Positions 35,933 to 45,288 of a DNA stretch of 64,000 nucleotides are shown here, one piece after another. Positions within the stretch are counted from its first letter, which is position 1, and each line of letters starts with the position of its first letter. The position numbers and the translations under genes are program-made. Source of the stretch: a virus. The notes under the pieces were generated by a model, which ran no database searches, was not told the DNA's origin, and worked only from the letters and a program-made list of their open reading frames with translations. The stretch is taken from IMG/VR virus record IMGVR_UViG_3300036716_000695, positions 1 to 64,000 of that record; one strand, 5' to 3'.

Positions 35933-38900
35933 ATGAGCATATTTATACAAGAGGTATTAGGCCTTTTAACAAGAAAAGAAATCAAGAAAGAAATTAATCC
36001 TAAAACAGATTGGTTACAACTTGGTCACAAAAAACAAAGTAAATTAACTGGTACATCCTTTACACCAAAAATGGAACCTTATGCTATTAAAGCACAAGAT
36101 TTTATTTGTACGGTGACTAAAGGGTTAACTAGAACTATACAAGGATCAGGAAAAATAGGTTTTGTTCCTGTATATACTGAAACAGATGGAGTATGTAGTC
36201 TAAAAGCATTAAAAGATAGTATCATAACTCAAGATCTTGCCAATCAAACAATTTCTGTAAATGGAAATCTTCTTGTTAAAGGTGATACATCATTAAATGG
36301 AAATGTCAGATTAGGAACTGGTGGTATAGGTTTTAAAACATCTTTTGAATCAGTAGTTGTAGATGTTAATGGTCAACAGGGTCAACCAAATCAAGTTCTT
36401 ATTGCTCAACCAGATGGTACCGTAATATGGAAAGACCAAGCCGGTGGTGGTACTTGTGTATGGCAAGTTGGTGGTGATAATGGTTTTGTTGTAGATTGTA
36501 GTGATGTAGTTTTATTTATAGGTGGTGATAAGCTTACTGCATTTCCAAATGCTGCTAATAAAAGTGTTACATTCAATCATGATAAAACGGTTGTTAATGT
36601 AGTTTCTCAAAATGTTGATCCAGGTTTTGGGGATTCTTTTGATGCTGTCTTTGAAGTAAGAGTAGATGATTATGGTCATGTAGATGGAATTACTACAAGT
36701 AAAATTACTTTACCTGAAGAAACTACTTATACTCTAAAAGGAGAAATATCAGGCACAGATGATTATGCTATATCCTTATCAGATTCAAATGGAGGAACAA
36801 GTGAGGTACTCTTAAAAGCAGGAACTAATATTACTTTACAAGATGACGGTAATGCTACAGTAACAATAAAAGCAGCAGGTGGAGGTTCACCAGTAATGAC
36901 ATCTACAGTTACCGGAACAGGTAAACTATGGAGTGATGTTGTACAAGCACAACCAGCAGCAGCTGTATCAGATACAGATCAAAGAACATATGGAGTTCAA
37001 TTTAATGATGCATCACAACTTGTTGTTAATGTACCATGGGTTGAAGGATCAGGTTCTGTTGTAGTTGGTAACCCAGGTAATCCTACAATAGATTTAACTT
37101 CTATAAGTATAGATGGTACTGTTTATGGTATTGCATCAGGCGGTGGAGGATCAGTAACCAGTGTTGGTTTAGCTGCACCTTCAGCATTCACTGTAACTAA
37201 TAGTCCTGTAACAAGCAATGGAACATTAACTCTTGCAGGTGCAGGAGCAACAACAGATTATATAGATGGGACAGGTGCTTTACAAGCTTTTCCTTCTATT
37301 CCAAGTGTACCAGCAAATATAGTTGAGACAGTAGATACACAAAATGGTACATACATTGATATGACACCAACAGGTGCTGTAGATGGAGATGTTGTTGTAA
37401 CAGCAGAATTATCAGCAGTAGACGGAGCAGATACTTCAGGTAGATTCTTAAGTAAAGATAACGTATGGTCAGCAATTCCTGGAGGTAATGCAGGAACTGT
37501 AACTAGTGTTGGCTTAAGTACAGATATTGCAGCATTCACAGTTGGAAGTTCTCCTGTAACAGATAATGGTGTAATAGAACTAAACCGTAATGGAGGAACT
37601 GCAGGTCAGTTTTTAAGACAAGATGGTAATTGGGCAGATATTCCTTCAGGAGGAACAGTAACTGCTCTTTCAACAGAAGTAACTCCAGTTGTAGCAGATT
37701 CAATTGACTTTACTGTAGCTGATCCAACAACAACGCCTAAATTAACTATAGACTTTAAAGGAGTAGCTGGACAGTATATAAATGGAGAAGGTCAATTAGA
37801 AACATTCCCTACTATCCCACCGGCATCAGAAGATGTTAAGTTTAAAATTGATGCAGCAGATACTGTAGCAGGATATTGGACTGATAAAATAACAATAGGT
37901 TCAGGTTTATCAGGTTCAGTTAATACAGATCCAAGTGGTGAAAAAACATTAACAATAAGTGCTGTATCAGTTACTACAGTAAATAGTATTAAGGTAGGAA
38001 ACACTACTACTTCTGGAGCGTTTGAGTTTACAGGACCGGGTGTTACAATGGATACTAATCCAAATCCTCAACTAATTACTTTTGCAAGTGTATTATCATT
38101 AGGAGCAACAACAGCAGGTGATGCATTAGATGTTGCAGTAACAAATGATAGTAGTAATACAGGAGATAGTACACTAGACTTTACTTGGGCAGGATCTGCA
38201 TCTGAGTATATAAACGGTCAAGGTAACTTAGTTACTTTCCCAGCAATAACAACAGGTACTGTTGAATCAATAAGCACATCATGGCCAAGCGGTGCAAATG
38301 TAGCAATGACTTTAACAGAAGTAAATTTATCTGGACCAGATGTACAGCTAAATTGGAATGTTCAAGGTACTACAGCACAATACATAGATGGTACTTTTAA
38401 ACTACAAACATTCCCAACAATACCAGCAGAATATACTGGTTGGAGTTTAGTTGGAGATTTAGGAAGTGCACAACAAATAAAAACAGGTAATACTGCATTA
38501 ATAGCAGGTGGTGTTGGTTTAACATCAACAGCAAGTGCAACAGATACATTAACTATTGATTTAGATGACACAGCAGTAACTCCAGGTGCATATAGTAATG
38601 CAGATGTAACTGTAGATCAGCAAGGTAGAATTATAAGTATCCAAGATGGAGCAAGCTCAGCAAGACCTTATAAATCATATGTTGCTAACTTCTCAATTGT
38701 TAATAATGTTGTGGCTGTTAATATACTAGAAGATGAGCTTCAAGTACAAACTAATTGGTCTGATGACAGCCTTGGTAAAATATCTATATCATTCCGTCAA
38801 AATTTTGACAAGAAAAGAGTTATGGTGTTCATTAATGGAATGAGTGGTGAAAAAGGAGGCGGTGGTCAAATATTCTTTGACGATGTAATTTCTGGAGTAT

Positions 38901-39001
38901 CAGAGTTAACAGTGAATTGTGTACATCAAATAGTTAGCAGTGGTGCTATGACAAATGCAAATGTTGATTTTGGAAGTTTTGAATTTAGATTATATGACTA
39001 A
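35933..39001 (+). CDS. Long tail-fibre-like protein with internal ~50-aa repeats
   Basis: 1022 aa, G/T/V/S-rich. Repeated G(S/T)VT...YI(D/N)G.G.L..FP.IP units and VTPGAYSNADVTVDQQGRI. Confidence 0.75.
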   Translation: MSIFIQEVLGLLTRKEIKKEINPKTDWLQLGHKKQSKLTGTSFTPKMEPYAIKAQDFICTVTKGLTRTIQGSGKIGFVPVYTETDGVCSLKALKDSIITQDLANQTISVNGNLLVKGDTSLNGNVRLGTGGIGFKTSFESVVVDVNGQQGQPNQVLIAQPDGTVIWKDQAGGGTCVWQVGGDNGFVVDCSDVVLFIGGDKLTAFPNAANKSVTFNHDKTVVNVVSQNVDPGFGDSFDAVFEVRVDDYGHVDGITTSKITLPEETTYTLKGEISGTDDYAISLSDSNGGTSEVLLKAGTNITLQDDGNATVTIKAAGGGSPVMTSTVTGTGKLWSDVVQAQPAAAVSDTDQRTYGVQFNDASQLVVNVPWVEGSGSVVVGNPGNPTIDLTSISIDGTVYGIASGGGGSVTSVGLAAPSAFTVTNSPVTSNGTLTLAGAGATTDYIDGTGALQAFPSIPSVPANIVETVDTQNGTYIDMTPTGAVDGDVVVTAELSAVDGADTSGRFLSKDNVWSAIPGGNAGTVTSVGLSTDIAAFTVGSSPVTDNGVIELNRNGGTAGQFLRQDGNWADIPSGGTVTALSTEVTPVVADSIDFTVADPTTTPKLTIDFKGVAGQYINGEGQLETFPTIPPASEDVKFKIDAADTVAGYWTDKITIGSGLSGSVNTDPSGEKTLTISAVSVTTVNSIKVGNTTTSGAFEFTGPGVTMDTNPNPQLITFASVLSLGATTAGDALDVAVTNDSSNTGDSTLDFTWAGSASEYINGQGNLVTFPAITTGTVESISTSWPSGANVAMTLTEVNLSGPDVQLNWNVQGTTAQYIDGTFKLQTFPTIPAEYTGWSLVGDLGSAQQIKTGNTALIAGGVGLTSTASATDTLTIDLDDTAVTPGAYSNADVTVDQQGRIISIQDGASSARPYKSYVANFSIVNNVVAVNILEDELQVQTNWSDDSLGKISISFRQNFDKKRVMVFINGMSGEKGGGGQIFFDDVISGVSELTVNCVHQIVSSGAMTNANVDFGSFEFRLYD

Positions 39002-39039
39002 GAATTTATGATGAAGTTTAATTTTACTAAATTCTGAGT

Positions 39040-39077
39040 GAAGAGGGTAAGCAGAAATGTTTACCCTCTTTCTTTTT
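39040..39077 (+). terminator. Intrinsic terminator at the convergence of late and replication blocks
   Basis: gaagagggtaagca-gaaa-tgtttaccctcttt followed by a T tract. Confidence 0.85.
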
Positions 39078-39465
39078 ATTTACCCCATTTGTTTCTATTA
39101 ATCAGCATAGATATTATTGAGTAGTTAGATAAATCAATCCATGAATCTTCTAGACTTTCATTTTTAGGATTACGGTTTGACTGTACAATATTCAGTATTC
39201 TTTGTATTTTGTCATTACTACGAAACCATATACCAAGCAAACTCAGCCTACGGTTTTCTTTTAACTCTGTATCTTTACCAAGAGTAATGTTTTGAGGCCC
39301 GTAGTCTAATTGCTTCATACAAAACAATGTGTATTGTTCCTGCTGTATCTCTTTAAACTCTTTTGTTGTTTCAGGATACAACATCTCACAAGATGCTACA
39401 GGATCCATAGTATCTTCTTGTGTGTCACTAAACGGGTGAGCAAATGGTTCTATTTTTTTATTCAT
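39076..39465 (-). CDS. Nucleotide-modification-associated domain 1-like (DUF1599/Nmad1-like) protein
   Basis: KQLDYG...RSNDKIQR...ESLEDSWIDLSNYSII signature. Start taken at MNKKIE. Confidence 0.75.
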   Translation of the reverse strand: MNKKIEPFAHPFSDTQEDTMDPVASCEMLYPETTKEFKEIQQEQYTLFCMKQLDYGPQNITLGKDTELKENRRLSLLGIWFRSNDKIQRILNIVQSNRNPKNESLEDSWIDLSNYSIISMLINRNKWGK

Positions 39466-39697
39466 CTTTAGTATATTTATTTTTACTTTGTCTAACATTG
39501 GTTTTTTCTATTAAATGTAAATGATATGCAAGCTCAGAAGTATTTTTAAGTTTATTGTAATACTTGTCAATACGCTGATCAAGCTTCCGTGATTTTTGTA
39601 AACCAAATACATTGGGCTTTGCCTTATATTCTAGTTCATCTAGTCTACCTTTTAAGTACTGTACTTCTAATAGTACGTGTAGTTCTTGTTCTGTCAT
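39458..39697 (-). CDS. Hypothetical protein
   Basis: 79-aa ORF coupled to neighbouring genes. Confidence 0.65.
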   Translation of the reverse strand: MTEQELHVLLEVQYLKGRLDELEYKAKPNVFGLQKSRKLDQRIDKYYNKLKNTSELAYHLHLIEKTNVRQSKNKYTKDE

Positions 39698-39804
39698 GAT
39701 CCTTCTGCAATTATAATGTAAATGTTATTCCAAATCAAAAAAGAAATTATAAATATTACAACCCAAGCTGCAAGACCTATCCAATTAGTATTATGCTTTT
39801 TCAT
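39694..39804 (-). CDS. 36-aa single-TM micro-protein (not in ORF track)
   Basis: MKKHNTNWIGLAAWVVIFIISFLIWNNIYIIIAEGS*, with ATGA overlap to the next gene. Confidence 0.6.
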   Translation of the reverse strand: MKKHNTNWIGLAAWVVIFIISFLIWNNIYIIIAEGS

Positions 39805-39964
39805 AATTTTTAAAATGTTTATCAACTATCTTCCAATAATTTTCTAGTTTAACTGAGTTCATTCCGGCAACAAAACACAATATCATATCTAAATGTTTTT
39901 TACCATCTGTATATCCCATTTTTTTATGTATTCTTGCTGCTTCATCTTTATGATCTTTTTTCAT
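39791..39964 (-). CDS. 57-aa hypothetical protein (not in ORF track)
   Basis: MKKDHKDEAARIHKKMG...YWKIVDKHFKNYEKA*, overlapping the next start. Confidence 0.55.
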   Translation of the reverse strand: MKKDHKDEAARIHKKMGYTDGKKHLDMILCFVAGMNSVKLENYWKIVDKHFKNYEKA

Positions 39965-39976
39965 ACATATATATAT

Positions 39977-40024
39977 AAAAATAGAAGGCCTAAGAGAAAA
40001 TCTCTTAGTTGGTTGGCCTCCTAT
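39977..40024 (-). terminator. Bulged hairpin plus T tract
   Basis: ATAGGAGGCC-AACCAA-CTAAGAGA-TTT-TCTCTTAG-GCCTTCTAT-TTTT on the minus strand. Confidence 0.65.
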
Positions 40025-40085
40025 AATTAATAGTCTTCACTTCTACTGCTAATGTAAAAGCAAAAACAAGCTAACAATACTGCTA

Positions 40086-40940
40086 TTACAAAATGCATTC
40101 ATCAATTATAATGCTTTGCTTTTCTAGTTCTTCATCAATTTCAATTGTCTCTCCATTGATACCTACTAGCTCCCATTTTTCAGTATTAGTTGTTTGATTG
40201 TTTACAACATCAGACATCATAAAATCATGAAAGTTCTGAGAATCTTGTAACCAATCCCTTGGTGTAGATAGTTTTAATGCATGTGTTACGTGATTGTAAA
40301 AACTCCAAGCATTGTTATTATCTGTTAAGTAATCATAAGAAGGTTTATTAATCTCTTTCTTAATTATAGACATCTGTGAAGAAGTTACAATCTCTTCATC
40401 TATAAATAGTCTACCAACTAAAGCTGCTTGCTCTGTCTTACTTAACAATGTAGACTTTAATGCATCTCTATCTTTAAGAATGCGTGAATAATGAACTTCT
40501 CCATTCTTAATTTGATTGCTCAGCTGCATTTTAATATCATGACCTGCGGATCCTGTGTGTTTTCTTTTAAAGTTCATCATGTCTCCAGCTACCATACCAT
40601 TGTTACATACCATAACATATGCACCAATTGCACACTGAAATCTTGTACTCTTATCATAAGAGTTTGTCCAGGCAAACATCATCCCTAATTCTCTTTCTTT
40701 AGAGATATCTTCATCAGTTGTCTGAGAAGGATAGATATGATATATGCCTTGTGCTACATTGGCATTCATGTTTGCTCTATATAATTCTTTACGAATAGTA
40801 AATCCACTATTCTCCAATAAATTTTTTGTGTCATCTATCACTTGTTTATGTGATATGACTGTATAACTCTTACCATGTTTAGGTAAAGGTTGACTTTCTA
40901 AATAATTCTGTGTTGTTTCTACTGCTCTTTTATAACGCAT
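40086..40940 (-). CDS. DUF932-like protein
   Basis: Y.VISH...NSYDKS...GAYVMVCNNG...KRKHT...NAWSFYNHVT pattern. Confidence 0.7.
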   Translation of the reverse strand: MRYKRAVETTQNYLESQPLPKHGKSYTVISHKQVIDDTKNLLENSGFTIRKELYRANMNANVAQGIYHIYPSQTTDEDISKERELGMMFAWTNSYDKSTRFQCAIGAYVMVCNNGMVAGDMMNFKRKHTGSAGHDIKMQLSNQIKNGEVHYSRILKDRDALKSTLLSKTEQAALVGRLFIDEEIVTSSQMSIIKKEINKPSYDYLTDNNNAWSFYNHVTHALKLSTPRDWLQDSQNFHDFMMSDVVNNQTTNTEKWELVGINGETIEIDEELEKQSIIIDECIL

Positions 40941-40990
40941 AGTTTAAACTTTTAAAGTGTAAATATAACTATTTTATATGGGATAACCAA

Positions 40991-41824
40991 TTAAAATATA
41001 TATCTGATTGTTTTTATAGAAAAATACTTTGAATAAATTTCTTTAAATTCAGATAACAACCTTCCTTTATGTTCTAAAGGATATCTCATAACTCCTGATT
41101 GATTCTTAATTTCATAAGATCTTCTCATCAACTCTCTTGCTTCTGGTGTTGTTTTAATCATTTGCTTAACATGATTAGTTAAAGCAATAACTTCACATTT
41201 ATTTTCACCTGCTACATCTTTTACCATAGAAAAAAGATTATTATACTCTTCTTTCCAACCGGGGTAAAAAATTAAAGGGCTATAATTTAAATGTACTTCC
41301 CAGCCCAATTTCTTAAGCCTATTAATATCAGCTATACGGCTTACTATCTTTTGCATCTTAGGTTCTAATATATTAGAATACTTCTGAGGCATAAGACTTA
41401 CACGTACCCGTGGTGGTTTATTAAAGTGATTTACATCTAACTTTAACAACCCTGGATACTTAGTGGCCATAGTACTATTAAGTTGTGGGTGATTATCAAA
41501 CCTCTTAAGATAATCAATCAAAGGTTCAGGCATGTGTTTCTGCATCAGTACTAAATCTGAATTGCAGGCAACATCTACCATAGTATATATAGGGTCTTGT
41601 TGATCAGGGACTTTAGTAAATTCCTTTTCCCATTCAACAACAGACTCATAAATCTCATCAACGTTCTTGTTAACAAAAACTCTTTTACCATTATATCTAG
41701 ACATATAACAATATGTATCTACACAGCCTCCAAAACACCCATATATGATGTTTGGAGCTATGCAATTACTACTATTATTATTTGTTTTGGTAATTAAAGT
41801 TTTGGTTTTCTGAACTTTAATCAA
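40991..41824 (-). CDS. Spore photoproduct lyase-family radical SAM protein
   Basis: GCFGGCVDTYCY cluster motif, DVACNSD (SPL H-donor Cys position), ATK, RVRVSL, VHLNYSPLI and MRY. Confidence 0.8.
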   Translation of the reverse strand: MIKVQKTKTLITKTNNNSSNCIAPNIIYGCFGGCVDTYCYMSRYNGKRVFVNKNVDEIYESVVEWEKEFTKVPDQQDPIYTMVDVACNSDLVLMQKHMPEPLIDYLKRFDNHPQLNSTMATKYPGLLKLDVNHFNKPPRVRVSLMPQKYSNILEPKMQKIVSRIADINRLKKLGWEVHLNYSPLIFYPGWKEEYNNLFSMVKDVAGENKCEVIALTNHVKQMIKTTPEARELMRRSYEIKNQSGVMRYPLEHKGRLLSEFKEIYSKYFSIKTIRYIF

Positions 41825-42123
41825 CGGTCTTTAACAAATTGACCATTAACCATCCTACCTGTACGTTGTGAAATTACATTGTAAGCACTTTCTAAACATT
41901 TTTCTAAACTAATGTTTTGCATCTTAGCTTGAATAATCAAGGTAACCATAATATCACCCATAGCATCAATGATCTCTTCACGGTCTTTAACATTAATGGC
42001 CGTGCAAAGCTCAGTTGTTTCTTCTAATGTTTTCAGTGCTTGGGCCATTGGTGTAGCTTTAGCAAGAATACCTTTTTCCATAGCCCAGTTTTCTACTGCG
42101 CATTCTAATTCAAAATAATCCAT
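41821..42123 (-). CDS. MazG-like nucleotide pyrophosphohydrolase
   Basis: KTLEETTEL...DAMGDIMVTL...AYNVI..RTG.MVNGQFVK. Confidence 0.85.
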   Translation of the reverse strand: MDYFELECAVENWAMEKGILAKATPMAQALKTLEETTELCTAINVKDREEIIDAMGDIMVTLIIQAKMQNISLEKCLESAYNVISQRTGRMVNGQFVKDR

Positions 42124-42128
42124 ATTGT

Positions 42129-42791
42129 TTAATTGTTTTTTAATAATTCTAATACTTCAGTCAATGATTCATGACGGTGGTTATCTTCTAGTACAACTTT
42201 ATATACATGAAGAGAACTTGTAATCTTAGCAACTTCATTAATTGCAGAATAATTTTTGTCTTTTAAATCTATTTGTTGATTGTCTCCACAAAAGATCATC
42301 ATTGAATCTTTACCTAGTCTACTTAAAGCCATTGAAAACTGAGAGCGTGTTAAGTTCTGAAACTCATCTACAATAACAACAGAGTGATCAAATGTCCTTC
42401 CTCTAAAATGAGATAAAGAAACCAATTCTATTTGTTCTTCAGATTCAAGCTTCTCTAAAAGCTCAGGTTTATTATAGACCTTACGCATATTAGATTTAAT
42501 AGGTACCAACCAAGGTTCCATCTTTTCTTTTTCAGAGCCAGGTAAAAAACCATTATCTTCTGTTGCCACAGTAGGCCTAGTAATAATAATCTTATTGTAT
42601 TGTCTCTTAAAAAATTGATCTAGTGCTATTTGGACAGCAAGTAGTGTTTTACCACTACCTGCGTTCCCATGTATAAAACTAAAAGGATGTTTAAGTATTT
42701 GTTCTTTTGCAACCTTTTGTTCTTCTGATAATGTAATACTAAATCTGATAGACCCTTTAGGTGGTCTCTTTGTTATATTTGTTTTTGCCAT
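42129..42791 (-). CDS. phoH: PhoH-family ATPase
   Basis: GNAGSGKT, ITRP, GFLPG, RGRTF, VDEFQN and GDNQQID motifs. Confidence 0.93.
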   Translation of the reverse strand: MAKTNITKRPPKGSIRFSITLSEEQKVAKEQILKHPFSFIHGNAGSGKTLLAVQIALDQFFKRQYNKIIITRPTVATEDNGFLPGSEKEKMEPWLVPIKSNMRKVYNKPELLEKLESEEQIELVSLSHFRGRTFDHSVVIVDEFQNLTRSQFSMALSRLGKDSMMIFCGDNQQIDLKDKNYSAINEVAKITSSLHVYKVVLEDNHRHESLTEVLELLKNN

Positions 42792-44797
42792 TAGAATAGT
42801 GTTAATTGATTTGGAGCAACATCAATAATATTATTAATCTCTTGCTCTATAGCTTCAAGATAATATTTTTTATCAATATCATAGTTTTCCCACTTAGGTT
42901 CTAATTGCATATCATTAAATATTGACTGCAACCATTTGCCAGCTTCTAACTGTATCTCTCTTTTATCTTTCTTGTTAACTTTAAGAATCTTTACACCGGA
43001 TTTAGATATAAAATATCTATTAATCTTCTGTAATTTTTCTTCATCAAATATACCATTCTTTATTTGTCTAGCAACCTGTTGCCAATCACCTTTTGATTTT
43101 CCACCAATACAATAATCTAATATGTTTTTATTTGTATCAATATAATCTTCAGGTAACATATCATGAACAAAGTAATGATAGATTGCCTTTGGTATAACAA
43201 GTTTAGATTTATTCTTGTGCAACTGCAGGTTATGAAAATCAAATCTACCCTTAAGTTTTACCGGGGCAAAACTAAACTTATCATTCTCTACTTTAAATAA
43301 GTAATGAGGATTGTCAGTTTTTAGTTTTCTCCAAGTAGATATATCTACATCAACCCACTTATTAATACCAATGTAGTTGTTAACATCACCAATAACCATC
43401 TTCTGATATTCATCATGCTCTAAATTAAGATTGGTTTTCTTTTCCCATTCTTCACATATAAGCATGTACTCATCATAAAATGCCTTTGGTATTATAGTTT
43501 CTACACCATCTGTGTTTTGTAATAAAGCAATAGCACCCGGTATACGCTCCATAATTTGCTCATAAAGCATCATTAGGGATAGTTGACCATTGATTGTTAT
43601 TCTCATACATAACTCAGGATCATAAAAGAAGCTATTTTCATCATTGCTAAGACCAAAAGTAGAATTAAGTATAATCTTATATACATAGTTCATTGGATTG
43701 CTCTTAGGAATCTTCTTACGCTCTTCAAAGAACCACTCATATTGATTACAGAATTCTTCTTTAGGGAAATGACCCGGAGACCACTTGTTTTTAATAGCCA
43801 GATTAGGATAAAAAGATGTTACATCAGAAGACATAATCATCATGTCATCATCCGGTTCATAAACACCTTTCTTTATAGCACCATGAACACCACCTAAACC
43901 AAAGTGTGTATTGACACCCTTATAGTTTATGTTGTATTTAAAACTACCCTTAAGACTACCTGCGTTAACTTCTAATGAAGCAAACCTATCAAACAATACC
44001 TTAAACTCTTGAGATGAGAAAGAAATGTATGGTAATATAATATCCTTAATCTTAATTGTATCCCTATAAGTTCTCATCTGTTTGAGATCTCTTTTAGGAA
44101 TATTTAAGTTTCTAGATAAATAATATCCAAATATCTCTTTACTAATCCTAGGCTCTGAGGCACTAAACATGTTAATATTGTATGTACTTGTCAATTCTTT
44201 TCTTAAAGCTACTTGAGATCTTGATCTGTTATAGATTTCTTTTGTAGACTTAACATCATTAATGCAGTATTCAAGTATAGTGTCTAGATCTTTTTGAGTT
44301 CTGATTTCAGTTTCATGATGAATAGGCATATCTAATATATTCTGCCAATCCATACTATACTGAATCCATTTAAGACTAGAACGTTTAGCCGGGTTATCCC
44401 AATGGTGCATTTTAAATAAATCTATTTGACCTATTCTCATCTTCCATTGTGGATAATCACTAAACTCTTTATTGTTTGATTTCTGTATACATCTCTGTGC
44501 ATACTTATAAATAATATTAGCAACTAGATGACCATCAAGACCTAAACCTTCTTCATCTTTCCATTTACTAACATTATCTAATATATAGTGAGTTACTTGC
44601 GCATCAAATGCTAATCCATTATAGGATATATGCCACTCTTTGTTTGTGATGTTGTCTTCTAGAAAGTTTATAAATTCTGTCTGATCATTTCTTAACCGTG
44701 ATATTACAAATATCTTAGTCTCTGTAGTTTTATAATTTTCAAAAACACCAGTAAAACAATCATAAAGTGTTTCATAATCCATTACCCAATGTTTCAT
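42791..44797 (-). CDS. Family B DNA polymerase (crAss-type)
   Basis: Exonuclease motifs DYE/YNGLAFD/YCIND and polymerase motifs SDVTSFYP, KIILNSTFG, NTDG. Confidence 0.92.
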   Translation of the reverse strand: MKHWVMDYETLYDCFTGVFENYKTTETKIFVISRLRNDQTEFINFLEDNITNKEWHISYNGLAFDAQVTHYILDNVSKWKDEEGLGLDGHLVANIIYKYAQRCIQKSNNKEFSDYPQWKMRIGQIDLFKMHHWDNPAKRSSLKWIQYSMDWQNILDMPIHHETEIRTQKDLDTILEYCINDVKSTKEIYNRSRSQVALRKELTSTYNINMFSASEPRISKEIFGYYLSRNLNIPKRDLKQMRTYRDTIKIKDIILPYISFSSQEFKVLFDRFASLEVNAGSLKGSFKYNINYKGVNTHFGLGGVHGAIKKGVYEPDDDMMIMSSDVTSFYPNLAIKNKWSPGHFPKEEFCNQYEWFFEERKKIPKSNPMNYVYKIILNSTFGLSNDENSFFYDPELCMRITINGQLSLMMLYEQIMERIPGAIALLQNTDGVETIIPKAFYDEYMLICEEWEKKTNLNLEHDEYQKMVIGDVNNYIGINKWVDVDISTWRKLKTDNPHYLFKVENDKFSFAPVKLKGRFDFHNLQLHKNKSKLVIPKAIYHYFVHDMLPEDYIDTNKNILDYCIGGKSKGDWQQVARQIKNGIFDEEKLQKINRYFISKSGVKILKVNKKDKREIQLEAGKWLQSIFNDMQLEPKWENYDIDKKYYLEAIEQEINNIIDVAPNQLTLF

Positions 44798-44940
44798 TCT
44801 TTTTCTTCTTTAAGTTTATCTTTAAATGTATGTAGAGTTCTTTCATTAATACCTAAAGCTTTAGCTGCACTTCTTACAGTTTTATGCTTTTTTAGAGCTA
44901 GAGTCATTAATCTCTCTTTCATTTGTAACAGTGTTTCCAT
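44794..44940 (-). CDS. 48-aa Fis-type helix-turn-helix protein (not in ORF track)
   Basis: METLLQMKERLMTLALKKHKTVRSAAKALGINERTLHTFKDKLKEEKE*, with ATGA overlap to the polB start. Confidence 0.75.
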   Translation of the reverse strand: METLLQMKERLMTLALKKHKTVRSAAKALGINERTLHTFKDKLKEEKE

Positions 44941-45214
44941 CTTTATAATTTTTAAGTGCTACTACTTTAGCTTCTAATATTAAATCCATAATACTATCAT
45001 AGATGCTTTCTACTGCTTCAGGAGATCCCTCACGCTCTAACTTTTTATCAATCTCTCTTTCATATAAGTCAACAGTCTTGATTACTTGTTTAATCTTCTG
45101 TTTAACTTGTTGTGTATGTATATACTGTAACCCATGTGCAAGTTCACCTATGCACTTAGTCATAGCAAATAGGATGTTTACATCCATTATTTCTTCATCT
45201 GTTAATTTAGCCAT
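44882..45214 (-). CDS. Hypothetical helical protein
   Basis: 110-aa ORF. Confidence 0.65.
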   Translation of the reverse strand: MAKLTDEEIMDVNILFAMTKCIGELAHGLQYIHTQQVKQKIKQVIKTVDLYEREIDKKLEREGSPEAVESIYDSIMDLILEAKVVALKNYKDGNTVTNEREINDSSSKKA

Positions 45215-45230
45215 ATAAATATATTAGAGC

Positions 45231-45255
45231 AAAAAAAAGCCCAAATTAATGGGCT
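45231..45255 (-). terminator. Intrinsic terminator
   Basis: AGCCCA-TTAATT-TGGGCT followed by a T tract on the minus strand. Confidence 0.75.
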
Positions 45256-45288
45256 CCTTTACATTATTTAATAAATAGAATAGGCTAC

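Noticed and set aside
37140-38430. CRISPR array, DGR or DNA tandem repeat in the fibre gene
   Set aside because: The repeats are diverged at the protein level only. No identical DNA repeats with spacers and no reverse transcriptase are present in the window.
44448-44456. Perfect DnaA box TGTGGATAA
   Set aside because: A single copy inside the polB coding sequence, with no cluster seen, so compatible with chance.
29132-44797. Introns or inteins in nrdA, nrdB or polB
   Set aside because: These genes are continuous, of compact size, and show no intein or homing-endonuclease motifs.
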